Positions 39,801 through 49,303 of a stretch of 64,000 nt of DNA are shown piece after piece. Each line of letters opens with the position of its first letter. Within the stretch, counting starts at the first letter, position 1. The position numbers were made by a program, and so were the translations under genes. The notes under the pieces are model-generated. The model was not told the DNA's origin. It searched no databases and was given only the letters and a program-made list of their open reading frames with translations. This DNA comes from an uncultured Candidatus Rokubacteria bacterium (lineage in GTDB: Bacteria; Methylomirabilota; Methylomirabilia; Rokubacteriales; CSP1-6). The stretch covers positions 2,432,001 to 2,496,000 of the forward strand of contig CAVYTA010000006.1 in the NCBI GenBank assembly GCA_963771355.1, given 5' to 3'.

Positions 39801-40736
39801 TCACTCGAAGATGTTCTCGGGGAGGAAGGCAGAGACGATCCAGTTGGGCGCGTCCACGATCTCGCTGATCTTGAGGTCCACCGCCACGCTGGCGACGATG
39901 TAGGCCTCCTCCCGCGACAGCCCGCGCTCCTCCACCATGTGGTCGATGATGTAGCGCACCGCCTGCTGGGCGGACGCGAAGAGGTCGGGCCCGTGCGCGG
40001 TGGTCGCCACCCACGGCCCGCGGCTGGTGCCCACCCCGATGGGCCCGCGGGTGCGGAAGCGCGGCTCGGGAATTCCGCGCCCGGACAGAAGACCGAACCG
40101 CAGCGTTACCTCGGCGGCCATCTCCACCGCGGTCACGCACACCTCGCCGTCGCCCTGCGCCGCATGCCCGTCGCCCACGCTGAAGAGGGCGCCTTCCACC
40201 CACACCGGCAGGGACAGGGTGGTGCCGGCGGTGAGCTGCTTGATGTCCATGTTCCCGCCGTTCTTCCGCGGCGGCATGGTGCTGTGACCGCCGGGCTCGG
40301 GCAGCGCGGTGCCCATCACGCCGGGGAAGGCCTCGATGGGCACCGCGATCTTCCGACGCGCGTTGCGCGCGAACTTCCCGTCGGAGACGTCCCAGATCTG
40401 CAGATAGGGTTTGGGGAAGTCCGCCTCCGGGAGCAGGCCGCGACCCGGCCGGATGGCGGTCCAGCCGAAGGGCGCGCCCGGCTTCACCTCGAGGATCTCG
40501 ACCACCAGAGTGTCGCCCGGACGCGCGCCCTCCACCCGCACCGGCCCGGTGAGCGGGTGCCCGCGGAACGGTCCCCGGTTGATGACGTCCTCATGGGTGG
40601 AGGTGGCCTTGTAGAAGCCGTCGGCGGCGTCCCGGGTCTCGAAGGACACCGTGTCGCCGGGGGCGATGGTGAGGCGCGGCGGAAGGGAGTTGTTCCACTC
40701 GTAGTGTGCCTGGCTGCGGTCGAGGCGATGGTTCAT
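39801..40736 (-). CDS. acetamidase/formamidase family protein
   Basis: GHPLTGPV, NGGNMD, GDGHAAQGDGEVC. Confidence 0.9.
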   Translation of the reverse strand: MNHRLDRSQAHYEWNNSLPPRLTIAPGDTVSFETRDAADGFYKATSTHEDVINRGPFRGHPLTGPVRVEGARPGDTLVVEILEVKPGAPFGWTAIRPGRGLLPEADFPKPYLQIWDVSDGKFARNARRKIAVPIEAFPGVMGTALPEPGGHSTMPPRKNGGNMDIKQLTAGTTLSLPVWVEGALFSVGDGHAAQGDGEVCVTAVEMAAEVTLRFGLLSGRGIPEPRFRTRGPIGVGTSRGPWVATTAHGPDLFASAQQAVRYIIDHMVEERGLSREEAYIVASVAVDLKISEIVDAPNWIVSAFLPENIFE

Positions 40737-43012
40737 GGGCGGGCGAGCTCCTCGCGGACGCGCGCGGGCGTGAACGGCACCGTGCGGAGGCGCACGCCCG
40801 TGGCGTCGAAGACGGCGTTGGCGATGGCGGCGGGGATAGGGCAGGTCGCCGGCTCCCCCGCCCCGAGCGGCGGCTTGTCCCGGCGGTCGATGAGGACGAT
40901 CTCCACCGCGTCGGGCACTTCGGGAAAGGTGAGGATGGGATAGGCGGCCCAGTCGAGGGCGGTGACGCCGGCGGCGTCGAACGTCACCGACTCCTTGAGC
41001 GTGCGGCTGATGGCCTGGAGCACATTGCCCTCGATCTGGTTGCGCACGCCGTCCGGATTGACGATGAAACCGCAGTCGTGGCCTACCGCCACCCGGCGAA
41101 CGCGGATGGCGCCGCTGGCCCGGTCCACCTCGACCTCCACCACGGTGGCCACATAGGCGTGCTCGCCCTCGTACTGGCAATAGGCGATGCCCCGTCCGCG
41201 GGCGTGGGCCGCGGTCCGCGCGCCGGGCGCCGGGGACGGACGCGCCTGCCAGCCGGCCGCGCGCGCCGCCGCCTCGAGCACCGCCACCGCGCGCGGATCG
41301 CCGAGGTGGCGGAGCCGGAAGCCCAGCGGATCGGCGCCGGCCGCCGCCGCCAGCTCGTCCATGAAGGACTCGTTGGCGAAGGTGTTCTGCGGCGCGCCGA
41401 GCCCGCGCAGCGCCGACACCCGCAGCGGCGCCCGATCCAGGGCGTGCACGACCACGCGGTCGGCGCCGAAGGCATAGCCGTGCTGGGCATTGCGCTCGCC
41501 CCCGACGGCGCGCGGCGGCGGCTCGGGCACGCCCATCTCCTCGCCCGCGAGGAGGTTGCCCGAGCGGCCGCCGGGCCGGCGCGAGTGGGTGGGCGTCCAC
41601 ACCTCGTAGTCCCAGGCGGCGACGCTTTGCCGCGCGTCCAGCGCGCCGCGCACACGCATGAGCATGGCGGGTCCCTTGGGCTCGTGGCCGTGCTCGTCGG
41701 CGCGCATCCACTGCAGGCGCACCGGCCGGCCCACCGCGCGCGAGAGCACCGCGGCGTCGGCGGCCGCGTCGTCGGCGCCGTTGTGGCCGTAGCAGCCGGA
41801 CGCTTCCACGAAGATCACCCGGACTCGCTCGGGCGCCAGGCCGAGGAGCCCGGCCAGGGCGCCCCGCAGCTCGAAGACCCCCTGGCTCCCGGTCCAGATC
41901 GTCGCCTCGCTCGCGCGCACGTCGGCGACACCGCAGGAGGGCCCGATGGAGGCATGCAGCTGGAAGGGCCAGCGGTATTCGGCCTCGAGCGCGTCCGTCG
42001 CCCCGCGGAGGGCGCCCTCCACGTCGCCGCGATTGACCAGCACGCGGGTGGTGGCCGGCGCGCGGCGAAGCGCCTCGTGCAGCGCGGCCGCCGCCGGCAG
42101 CCGCCCCCCGCCGCGCCAGGTGACCACGAGCGCGCGCGCGGCGGCGATGGCCTGCTCCTCGCGCTCACAGACGACGCCGACGAAATCTCCCTGGCGGACT
42201 ATCTGGATGAAACCGGGCACCGACCGCGCCGCGGCGTCGTCCACCGCGGCCACGCGCGCCCCCACCGCCTGGGGCCGGATCACGCGGCCGTGCAGCATGC
42301 CCGGCACCCGCACGTCGTGCACGTAGTTCCAGCTCCCCAGGACCTTGTCCGGGATGTCCAGACGCGGCGCCGACGTCCCCACCACCCGATAGGCCTCGCG
42401 GCTCTTGGTCTGGAAGTCACGCGTCACCGGCCGGTTGAAGCGCCGGCCGCCCACCAGCTCCCCGTAGCTCACGCGCCGGGAGGGATCGTGCGCCACGCTC
42501 ACCATGCCATCGCGCGTCACCAGCTGATCGACCGAGGTGGACAGGCGCACCGAAGCGAGAAGGCGCAGCGTGTACCGCGCGTCGGCGGCCGCCTGCCGGA
42601 TGGCCGGCGCCCCCCGCTGCAGCGTCTTGCTGCCGACCGTGCCGCCCTGGTCCGGCGTGCGCGCGGTGTCGCCCTGGACCACGCTCATGCGCGACACCGC
42701 CACGTCCAGCTCCTCGGCGGCGATCTGCGCCAGGGCCGTCGAGACCCCGGTGCCCAGCTCCACCTTGCCGGTGAAGAGCGTGACCTCGCCGTCGGGGGCG
42801 ATCGCGATCCAGGCGTCGATCTGCCCGGGCGGGATCGCCTGGCCGGGCGACGCCGTCTGGCCGGGCAGCATCGGCTGGTCCTCGCCGACGCGAGGCGACT
42901 GTGCGTGCCCGTCGGCCGGGATCGCGAACGCCACCAGGAGCGCGCCCGCCGACTGGAGCAGCGCCCGCCGCGAGATGCCGGCGACCGGGACGTCGGGGGA
43001 GCGCGCGCTCAC
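40733..43012 (-). CDS. molybdopterin-binding large subunit, xanthine dehydrogenase/IorB family, with Tat-like signal
   Basis: SRRALL, GKVELGTG, IAAEEL, ANESFMDELA, NQIEG, GAGEP; GTGA overlap. Confidence 0.9.
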   Translation of the reverse strand: MSARSPDVPVAGISRRALLQSAGALLVAFAIPADGHAQSPRVGEDQPMLPGQTASPGQAIPPGQIDAWIAIAPDGEVTLFTGKVELGTGVSTALAQIAAEELDVAVSRMSVVQGDTARTPDQGGTVGSKTLQRGAPAIRQAAADARYTLRLLASVRLSTSVDQLVTRDGMVSVAHDPSRRVSYGELVGGRRFNRPVTRDFQTKSREAYRVVGTSAPRLDIPDKVLGSWNYVHDVRVPGMLHGRVIRPQAVGARVAAVDDAAARSVPGFIQIVRQGDFVGVVCEREEQAIAAARALVVTWRGGGRLPAAAALHEALRRAPATTRVLVNRGDVEGALRGATDALEAEYRWPFQLHASIGPSCGVADVRASEATIWTGSQGVFELRGALAGLLGLAPERVRVIFVEASGCYGHNGADDAAADAAVLSRAVGRPVRLQWMRADEHGHEPKGPAMLMRVRGALDARQSVAAWDYEVWTPTHSRRPGGRSGNLLAGEEMGVPEPPPRAVGGERNAQHGYAFGADRVVVHALDRAPLRVSALRGLGAPQNTFANESFMDELAAAAGADPLGFRLRHLGDPRAVAVLEAAARAAGWQARPSPAPGARTAAHARGRGIAYCQYEGEHAYVATVVEVEVDRASGAIRVRRVAVGHDCGFIVNPDGVRNQIEGNVLQAISRTLKESVTFDAAGVTALDWAAYPILTFPEVPDAVEIVLIDRRDKPPLGAGEPATCPIPAAIANAVFDATGVRLRTVPFTPARVREELARP

Positions 43013-43464
43013 GAGACCACTCCCGCCGCCTGCCGGATCGCGCGGAGGATGCGCAGGTGCGTGCCGCAGCGGCAGAGATTGCCGGCGAGCGCGCCGCGCA
43101 GCTCGCCCTCGTCGGGCTTCGGGTTCGAGGCGAGGAGCGCCGCCGCGGTCATGATCATGCCGTTGATGCAGAAGCCGCACTGGACGGCCTGGGCGTCGAT
43201 GAAGGCCTGCTGCAACGGATGGGGCTGCGCCGGCGTTCCCAGGCCTTCCAGCGTGGTGACGGCCGCCGACGCCACCGCGGAGACCGGCATGCCGCACGAG
43301 CGCACCGCGCGGCCGTCCACGTGCACGGTGCACGCGCCGCACTGGGAGAGCCCGCAGCCGAAGCGGGGACCGCGGAGGCCCAGCTCGTTACGCAGCACGT
43401 AGAGGAGCGGCGTGTCGGGCGCCGCCGCCACCGGGTGTCGCTTGCCGTTGACCGTGATCTCGAT
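43009..43464 (-). CDS. (2Fe-2S)-binding small subunit (IorA/CoxS-like), probable ATC start
   Basis: ITVNG, FGCGLSQCGACTV, QCGFC, NLCRCG. Confidence 0.9.
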   Translation of the reverse strand: MEITVNGKRHPVAAAPDTPLLYVLRNELGLRGPRFGCGLSQCGACTVHVDGRAVRSCGMPVSAVASAAVTTLEGLGTPAQPHPLQQAFIDAQAVQCGFCINGMIMTAAALLASNPKPDEGELRGALAGNLCRCGTHLRILRAIRQAAGVVS

Positions 43465-43506
43465 GCCGCGCGTCTCCGCCGAGCCTGAGCCTGGTACCCG
43501 TCGGTC

Positions 43507-44559
43507 CTAGTACCGGTCGATGACGGTGACGCCGACGGTGGCGAAGCTGTCCATCGAGGCCAGCACGCTCCCCGCCTCTTCCAGCGGCACCGTCCGGCTC
43601 ACCAGCTTGCCGGGCGCCAGCTTGCCCGACTGCACCATCTGGAGCATGGCGTCGAACCGCGGCGCCGGCATGCCGTAGGAGCCGATCAGGCTCGCCTCCT
43701 TGAGGACGAGGAGGTCGATGGGGATGGGCACCATGCCCTTCTCCGCCGAGGAGGTGAGCCCGATCTGCAGATGCCGGCCCTGCTTCCGCAGGGACATCAC
43801 CGAGGCCTGGCAGGTGGCGGCCACGCCGAGGGCATCCACCGACACGTGGACACCCCCGCCGGTGAGATCGGCGATGGCCTTGACGGCGTTGTCGGTCCGG
43901 GCGTTCACGGTGGCCACCGCGCCCAGCGACTTGGCCAGGGCGAGCTTGTCGTCCGTGATGTCCACGCCGATCACATTGGCGCCCAGCGCGGTGGCGATCT
44001 GCACCGCCGAGAGCCCGATGCCGCCGCAGCCGTGCACGGCCACCCACTCGCCGGCCCGGACCTGGGCCCGGTCCACGAGGGCGTGGAAGGACGTCATGTA
44101 GCGGCAGCCCATGCTCGCCGCCTCGGTGAAGCCGATGGAGTCCGGCAGCGGCACCAGGTTCACGTCGGCGAAGGGCACACCCACCAGCCGCCCGAACCCG
44201 CCCCAGTAGGCGATGCCCGGTGTCACCCGCATGTCGCAGAGGTGCGGCTGGCCGGCGCGGCAATAGTCGCAGTGGCCCTCGCCCTGGCTGAACGGCACCA
44301 GCACGCGCTGCCCGCGGCGGACGCGCGCGACGCCGTCGCCTACCTCCTCCACTACGCCGCAGAATTCGTGCCCGAGCACATGGGGAAAGTTCAGCTTGAG
44401 GCCGAACCAGCTCCAGTCCCCGACCCAGGCATGCCAGTCGCTGCGACAAATCCCGTTGGCCTCCACGCGGACAACGGCGCCCCCGGGGAAGATCTTCGGA
44501 TCCGGCATCTCGCGTACGGCCAGTGGCTTCCGGATCTCCTCCATCACGGCGGCTTTCAT
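43507..44559 (-). CDS. zinc-dependent alcohol dehydrogenase family protein
   Basis: GICRSDWH, GHEF, GCGGIG. Confidence 0.92.
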   Translation of the reverse strand: MKAAVMEEIRKPLAVREMPDPKIFPGGAVVRVEANGICRSDWHAWVGDWSWFGLKLNFPHVLGHEFCGVVEEVGDGVARVRRGQRVLVPFSQGEGHCDYCRAGQPHLCDMRVTPGIAYWGGFGRLVGVPFADVNLVPLPDSIGFTEAASMGCRYMTSFHALVDRAQVRAGEWVAVHGCGGIGLSAVQIATALGANVIGVDITDDKLALAKSLGAVATVNARTDNAVKAIADLTGGGVHVSVDALGVAATCQASVMSLRKQGRHLQIGLTSSAEKGMVPIPIDLLVLKEASLIGSYGMPAPRFDAMLQMVQSGKLAPGKLVSRTVPLEEAGSVLASMDSFATVGVTVIDRY

Positions 44560-44590
44560 GGTGCGGTCTCCCCCGACCGGTAACGGGCGC

Positions 44591-45061
44591 TCAGTCGAGC
44601 CCCCAGGTGAAGACATGAGTGGGCGTCAGCTCGATCATCACGGAGTCGTCATCTCCGAGCGCGGCCTCGAGGGGATACTGCGGGTACTTGGCGTACAGCA
44701 GCCGGCGGATGCGACGGAAGCGGGGCCCGCGCTCGATGAGCGCCGCCGTCCCCTGCACCATCACGCCGCGCAGCGCGTCCCAATCCTCGCTGTAGTGGTC
44801 CACCGTCAACGCGAGCTCCGGGTTGGCGCGCAGGTTCAGCACCTTGCGCCCGTCGGTGCCCGAACCGAAATAGATCTTCCCGCCGTCGAGCACGTGGCAG
44901 ACGGGCACCAGGTGCGGCATTCCCGTGCCGCCGACGGTGGCGATCCGGCACACGCGCTCCCACCGAATGAGCTTGGCGGCGGCCTTGGGCAACCGGACCG
45001 GCTTGAGGGCCCGGGGCCGCGGCGACGCTGGCCGTCGCGTGCGTCGCCGCGTGCGCGCCAT
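44591..45061 (-). CDS. pyridoxamine 5'-phosphate oxidase (PPOX-class) family protein
   Basis: CRIATV, PHLVPV, KVLNLRANP, VDHYSEDW. Confidence 0.82.
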   Translation of the reverse strand: MARTRRRTRRPASPRPRALKPVRLPKAAAKLIRWERVCRIATVGGTGMPHLVPVCHVLDGGKIYFGSGTDGRKVLNLRANPELALTVDHYSEDWDALRGVMVQGTAALIERGPRFRRIRRLLYAKYPQYPLEAALGDDDSVMIELTPTHVFTWGLD

Positions 45062-45230
45062 CAGGCCGCTCCCCCCGGCTCGCGCATCGCACGCGGTGCC
45101 GTGTAGGCAAGCGGCTCTGAGGGCAGGACGAGGGACGCCTCGTCCAGTCCGGGGGGCCAGTCCACATTCCGGGGTCTCGTCATGGCGGCGGCAGGGGACG
45201 ACGGAATGCTAGGCGTCCCGGCCAGTACTG

Positions 45231-45482
45231 TCAATGCCCGGAGGTCGCGCGCCCTCCGCGCAGCTTGGCGAGGAGACTCCAGAGCGAGACCAGCGCCCAC
45301 ACGCCTTCCAGCAGCACGAAGCCCCACTGCTGCCCGTGCCAGGCGTCCACCGTGAGGACGATCGAGCCCACGAGGTTCGGCCACAGGTATCCGTAGGAGT
45401 CGGGCTTGAGCAGCCGGAACTGCGCGAGCACGAAGGCCACCAGGATGAGGATGGCGCCGGCGATCTGGACGGGTTGGCCCAT
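45231..45482 (-). CDS. small membrane protein (CBU_0592-like)
   Basis: Three hydrophobic segments, NLVGS, QWGFVLLEGVWALVS. Confidence 0.75.
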   Translation of the reverse strand: MGQPVQIAGAILILVAFVLAQFRLLKPDSYGYLWPNLVGSIVLTVDAWHGQQWGFVLLEGVWALVSLWSLLAKLRGGRATSGH

Positions 45483-45518
45483 CGGATGCGGGATGCGCTC
45501 AGGATGAGTCGGGTCGGG

Positions 45519-46052
45519 TCATGGTGCTCGGTATCGTCTCACCAGCCAGGCCGCCGTCACCAGGATCGCGAGCGGCAGCCAGATCCACCTGGCCTCACTC
45601 GCGAGCGTTTGCAGGCCGCGCTCGGTGAGGAATCCCCGCCAGAGGGGTGAGACGCGGATCGGACGCCAGGGGAAGAAGTAGCGCGTGTCGTCGAAGGGCG
45701 CGAGGAAGGCCACGCCGGGGCCGCCGTCGGTCAGGGCGTCGAGGATGCCATGCGAGGCCATGGCGATCGCGAGGAGGCCCCAGCACCCGGAGAAACGGAG
45801 GCCGGTCCCTCGATGCGCGAGGGCGGCCACGCCCAGGCTCACCAGGACGGCGGCGGTCAGCGAGTGCGTGAGCCCGCGATGCGCCCAGGGCGAGCCCCAC
45901 GGGATGCCCAGCGGCCAGGCCAGCACATCCAGGTCGGGAAGCATCGCCAGCCCGGCGGCGAGAAACCAGAGACGCCAGGGCAGGCGGTGGAAGCGCGTGA
46001 GCACGCGACCGAGGCCCCAGGCCACCACGGCGTGCGTCATGATGGTGGGCAT
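45519..46052 (-). CDS. membrane-bound metal-dependent hydrolase (YdjM/YbcI-like)
   Basis: MPTIMTHA, LPDLD, HRGLTHS, SHGILDALTDGG, RYFFPWRPI. Confidence 0.88.
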   Translation of the reverse strand: MPTIMTHAVVAWGLGRVLTRFHRLPWRLWFLAAGLAMLPDLDVLAWPLGIPWGSPWAHRGLTHSLTAAVLVSLGVAALAHRGTGLRFSGCWGLLAIAMASHGILDALTDGGPGVAFLAPFDDTRYFFPWRPIRVSPLWRGFLTERGLQTLASEARWIWLPLAILVTAAWLVRRYRAP

Positions 46053-46082
46053 CGGCGCTAGAATATCAGCCCGGGCCCGACC

Positions 46083-46757
46083 ATGACCCCTTCCGCGACC
46101 TTTACCGCCGAGCTGTGGCGCTCCATCGCGCCGATCTACGCCGCCATCCTCCGCCACCCCTTCGTGGCGGGGCTCACCGACGGCTCGCTCCCGCGGGAGT
46201 CCTTCCAGTTCTATGCCGTCCAGGACGCGCTCTACCTCCGCGACTTCGCCCGGGCGCTCTCGATCGCCGCCGCCCGCGCCCCCCAGGACGACTGGATCAT
46301 CATGTTCAACGAGCACGCGGCGGGTGCGCTGAAGGTGGAGCGAGCGCTGCACGAGGGGTTCTTTGCCGAGTTCGGCCTGTCCTCGGAGGCGGTGGCGGCC
46401 ACGCCGCCGGCCCCCACCAACCTCGCCTATACGAGCTACCTGCTGGCGGTCGCGTACGGTGCGCCGTTTCACGAGAACATGGCCGCGCTGCTCCCCTGCT
46501 ACTGGATCTACTGGGAGGTGGGCAAGGAGCTGGAGCGGCGCGGCTCGCCCGATCCGCTCTTCACGCGCTGGATCGGCACCTACGCCTCGGGCGAGTTCGG
46601 CGCGCTGGTGGAGGCGGTGCTGGCCGCCACCAACGCCATGGCCGCCCGCGTCGGCGAGCCCGAGCGGGACGCGATGCGCCGTCACTTCCTCGCCACCAGC
46701 CGCTACGAGTGGATGTTCTGGGACATGGGCTGGCGGCGCGAGGCCTGGCCCGTCTAG
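46083..46757 (+). CDS. tenA: thiaminase II / TenA family
   Basis: HPFV, FYAVQDALYL, LLPCYWIY, WIGTY, YEWMFWDM. Confidence 0.9.
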   Translation: MTPSATFTAELWRSIAPIYAAILRHPFVAGLTDGSLPRESFQFYAVQDALYLRDFARALSIAAARAPQDDWIIMFNEHAAGALKVERALHEGFFAEFGLSSEAVAATPPAPTNLAYTSYLLAVAYGAPFHENMAALLPCYWIYWEVGKELERRGSPDPLFTRWIGTYASGEFGALVEAVLAATNAMAARVGEPERDAMRRHFLATSRYEWMFWDMGWRREAWPV

Positions 46758-46770
46758 CGCCCGCGCCCGC

Positions 46771-47313
46771 TCAGAACCGCTGGTGCTCCACGAAGGCCGC
46801 CAGGTCCATGGCGGAATAGAAGACGAGCCGGACGTCGCGCAGGCTCCCGGGAGCGGCCAGGGCCTCGGCGAGCGCGGCGGAGGCGACGGCCGCCGCTTCG
46901 GCGCGCGGGTAACCGAACACCCCGGTGGAGATGGCGGGAAAGGCGAGGGACTCGAAGCTTCGCTCCTGCGCCAGCACGATCGATCGCCGATAGCACGCCG
47001 CCAGGAGATCGGCCTCCTGCCCGGCGTGCCGGCCATAGATCGGCCCCACCGTGTGGATGACGTAGCGCGCGGGAAGTCGCCCCCCCGACGTGAGGGCGAC
47101 CTCGCCGGTGGGAAGACCCGACGGAAAGGTCGTCCGGCGCAGGGCCTGGCACTCGGCGAGGATCTGGGGCCCGCCCTGCGCATGAATGGCGCCGTCCACG
47201 CCGCCGCCGCCGAGCAACGACGAGTTCGCCGCGTTCACGATGGCGTCGACCCGCTCCGCCGTGATGTCGCCGAACTTGGCCGTGACGAGCCCCGCGAGGT
47301 AGGTGTGCGGCAT
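46771..47313 (-). CDS. macro domain O-acetyl-ADP-ribose deacetylase (YmdB-like)
   Basis: GDIT, VNAANSSLLGGGGVDGAIH, VIHTVGP, FPAISTGVFGYP. Confidence 0.92.
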   Translation of the reverse strand: MPHTYLAGLVTAKFGDITAERVDAIVNAANSSLLGGGGVDGAIHAQGGPQILAECQALRRTTFPSGLPTGEVALTSGGRLPARYVIHTVGPIYGRHAGQEADLLAACYRRSIVLAQERSFESLAFPAISTGVFGYPRAEAAAVASAALAEALAAPGSLRDVRLVFYSAMDLAAFVEHQRF

Positions 47314-47351
47314 GCGCCTACTCGCCCGCGCGAATCTCCAGGGCTAAGCGG

Positions 47352-47801
47352 TCACGACATGGTGGCCAGGTATGCCTGGAGCCGGTCAAAGTTTTCCTCA
47401 TTTGCCTCCGTGATGAAACCCTTCACCTTCACCGCCTCCGCCCCTGAATCGAAGAGCATCGACCAGGTGAGCTCCGTCTTCCCGGAATGCTCCGCAAAGG
47501 TCATCGTCATCCGAAACCCGTGCATGGGGTCCCGGTGCTGAAGCACGATCCGATCCGGCTTCACGACCTCGACGAAGTCTTTCGCGATGTCGTACTCGAC
47601 TCCGTCGGGGCCATGCATCACGAAGCGCCAGGCGCCGCCGGGACACAGATCGAACTCGCGGAACGTGTTGGTAAAGCCCTTTGGCCCCCACCAGTGCACG
47701 AGGTGGTCCGGATTGCTGAACGCCTCGAACACGAGCTCACGCGGGGCGGCGAACACCCGCCGGCTCACGATTTCACCGCGGGCAGCCTCGGTGTCAGCCA
47801 T
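47352..47801 (-). CDS. SRPBCC/Aha1 domain protein
   Basis: APRELVFEAF, WWGPKGF, FVMHGPDG. Confidence 0.85.
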   Translation of the reverse strand: MADTEAARGEIVSRRVFAAPRELVFEAFSNPDHLVHWWGPKGFTNTFREFDLCPGGAWRFVMHGPDGVEYDIAKDFVEVVKPDRIVLQHRDPMHGFRMTMTFAEHSGKTELTWSMLFDSGAEAVKVKGFITEANEENFDRLQAYLATMS

Positions 47802-47816
47802 GCGCGCCCGAGCCTT

Positions 47817-48374
47817 TCACAGATTCTGCGGCTTGAACTTCCGGCGGAAGCTGACGGACTTCCCGGAGACCATGAACACGCCACCGCCCCGGTAGTGCAG
47901 CGTGCGCGGGTACTTGGGCGTGACCGGCGCGTGCGCCTTGACCACCTCGAGGATGAAGAACGAATATTTGCGCAGCAGCCGGGCGTCGGCGACCCGGCAT
48001 TCGAGGTTCGCGTGACACTCCGCGATCAGCGGCGCTCGGACCTTGGTGGCGGGGAGGGCGGTGAGTCCGAACTTCGCGAACTTGTCGACGTCGCGACCCG
48101 AGGAGTTCCCGATCCCGACCACCTCGTCGGCCAGGTCCACCGTCGGAATGTTGATCACGCACTCCTTGCTCCGCCGGATCATCTCGTAGCTGTGGTTCTC
48201 GGGCCAGATATAGCATCCGATCAAGGCCGGCGAGAAGCTCATCATCGTGTGCCAGCCCATCGTCATGATATTGGTGCGGCCCTTCCAGGCAGAGCTCACG
48301 AGCACGATCGGCCCTGGCTCGACGAAGCGCCGGATCTCCTCGAGGTCAAAGTTGCGCTTGGTGTACGCCCTCAT
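47817..48374 (-). CDS. flavin reductase family protein
   Basis: EPGPIVLVSS, NIMTMGWH, DKFAKFGL, APLIAEC. Confidence 0.87.
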   Translation of the reverse strand: MRAYTKRNFDLEEIRRFVEPGPIVLVSSAWKGRTNIMTMGWHTMMSFSPALIGCYIWPENHSYEMIRRSKECVINIPTVDLADEVVGIGNSSGRDVDKFAKFGLTALPATKVRAPLIAECHANLECRVADARLLRKYSFFILEVVKAHAPVTPKYPRTLHYRGGGVFMVSGKSVSFRRKFKPQNL

Positions 48375-48392
48375 GGGGCTTCGCACCACATG

Positions 48393-48890
48393 CTACCCCC
48401 CATAGGCCCGCTTCAGCTCCGCGATGTCGAGCTTCTTCATTCGAAGCATTGCTTCCATGGCTCTCCCGGACTTCTCCGAATCGGGATCGGTGATCATCTC
48501 GACCAAGGCCCGGGGGACGACCTGCCAGGACACGCCGTATCGGTCCTTGAGCCAGCCGCACTGCTGGGCCTTGACGTCACCACCCTCGGAGAGCTTCTCC
48601 CAGTAGTAGTCCACTTCCGCCTGCGTCTCGCAATTGACCTGGAACGAGATGGCCTCGTTGAACTTGAACACCGGGCCCCCGTTGAGTGCGGTGAATGCCT
48701 GCCCCTCAAGCTCAAAGGCCACGGTCATGACCGTTCCCGCCGGGCGTCCGTGGACCTCATGTCCCGCTTTTCCGTACCGCGCGACGGTTACGATCTTTGA
48801 ATTCTTGAAGATGCCGGTATAGAACCTGGCGGCCTCTTCGGCTTGATCGTCAAACCACAAGCATGGGGCAATCTTTTGAATGACTTGCAT
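48393..48890 (-). CDS. VOC/PhnB-like (3-demethylubiquinone-9 3-methyltransferase family) protein
   Basis: PCLWFDDQAEEAA, LNGGP, CGWLKDRYGVSWQ. Confidence 0.9.
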   Translation of the reverse strand: MQVIQKIAPCLWFDDQAEEAARFYTGIFKNSKIVTVARYGKAGHEVHGRPAGTVMTVAFELEGQAFTALNGGPVFKFNEAISFQVNCETQAEVDYYWEKLSEGGDVKAQQCGWLKDRYGVSWQVVPRALVEMITDPDSEKSGRAMEAMLRMKKLDIAELKRAYGG

Positions 48891-49004
48891 GGTATGCCTC
48901 CTGTTCGGGTTCGGCCTCGGATCGAGGTCTCTACCGCTAGTCGTTCGAGGAAGCAGAGATCGACACATCCAGATCGACGGGCGACCCGTCCGCTCGACTT
49001 CGAG

Positions 49005-49265
49005 TCAGGCGTGGCCACTGGAGCGACCGCGATCGCGCCGGCGATGCGCAAGCCAGGCGGCGAGGCCGCTCAGCAGGACAAGCCAGGTCACGTACACCAC
49101 CCCGAGCAACCCACCCGCCATGACCCAGAAGCCCGCGTCGGGTGCCTCCGCGTGCGCTTGAAGCAGCAGCCAGCCGATGGGTAGGTAGCGGTCGATGTGA
49201 GGGCCGATCCACGGGGTCAACAAAGCGGCAAGAAGCGCCAGCCACCAACGGTGAACCCGCATCAC
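49005..49265 (-). CDS. small two-TM hypothetical protein (possible fossil cassette gene)
   Basis: 86-aa ORF with two hydrophobic segments; ends in GCCTGAC. Confidence 0.55.
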   Translation of the reverse strand: MMRVHRWWLALLAALLTPWIGPHIDRYLPIGWLLLQAHAEAPDAGFWVMAGGLLGVVYVTWLVLLSGLAAWLAHRRRDRGRSSGHA

Positions 49266-49303
49266 GCCTGGTCAGCCGACACCCCGATCCTCAGCTTGCC
49301 GCG

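Noticed and set aside
45061..45183. 40-aa ORF coupled (TGATG) to the PPOX gene as a leader peptide
   Set aside because: No SD, motif or attenuator structure; cannot be distinguished from chance.
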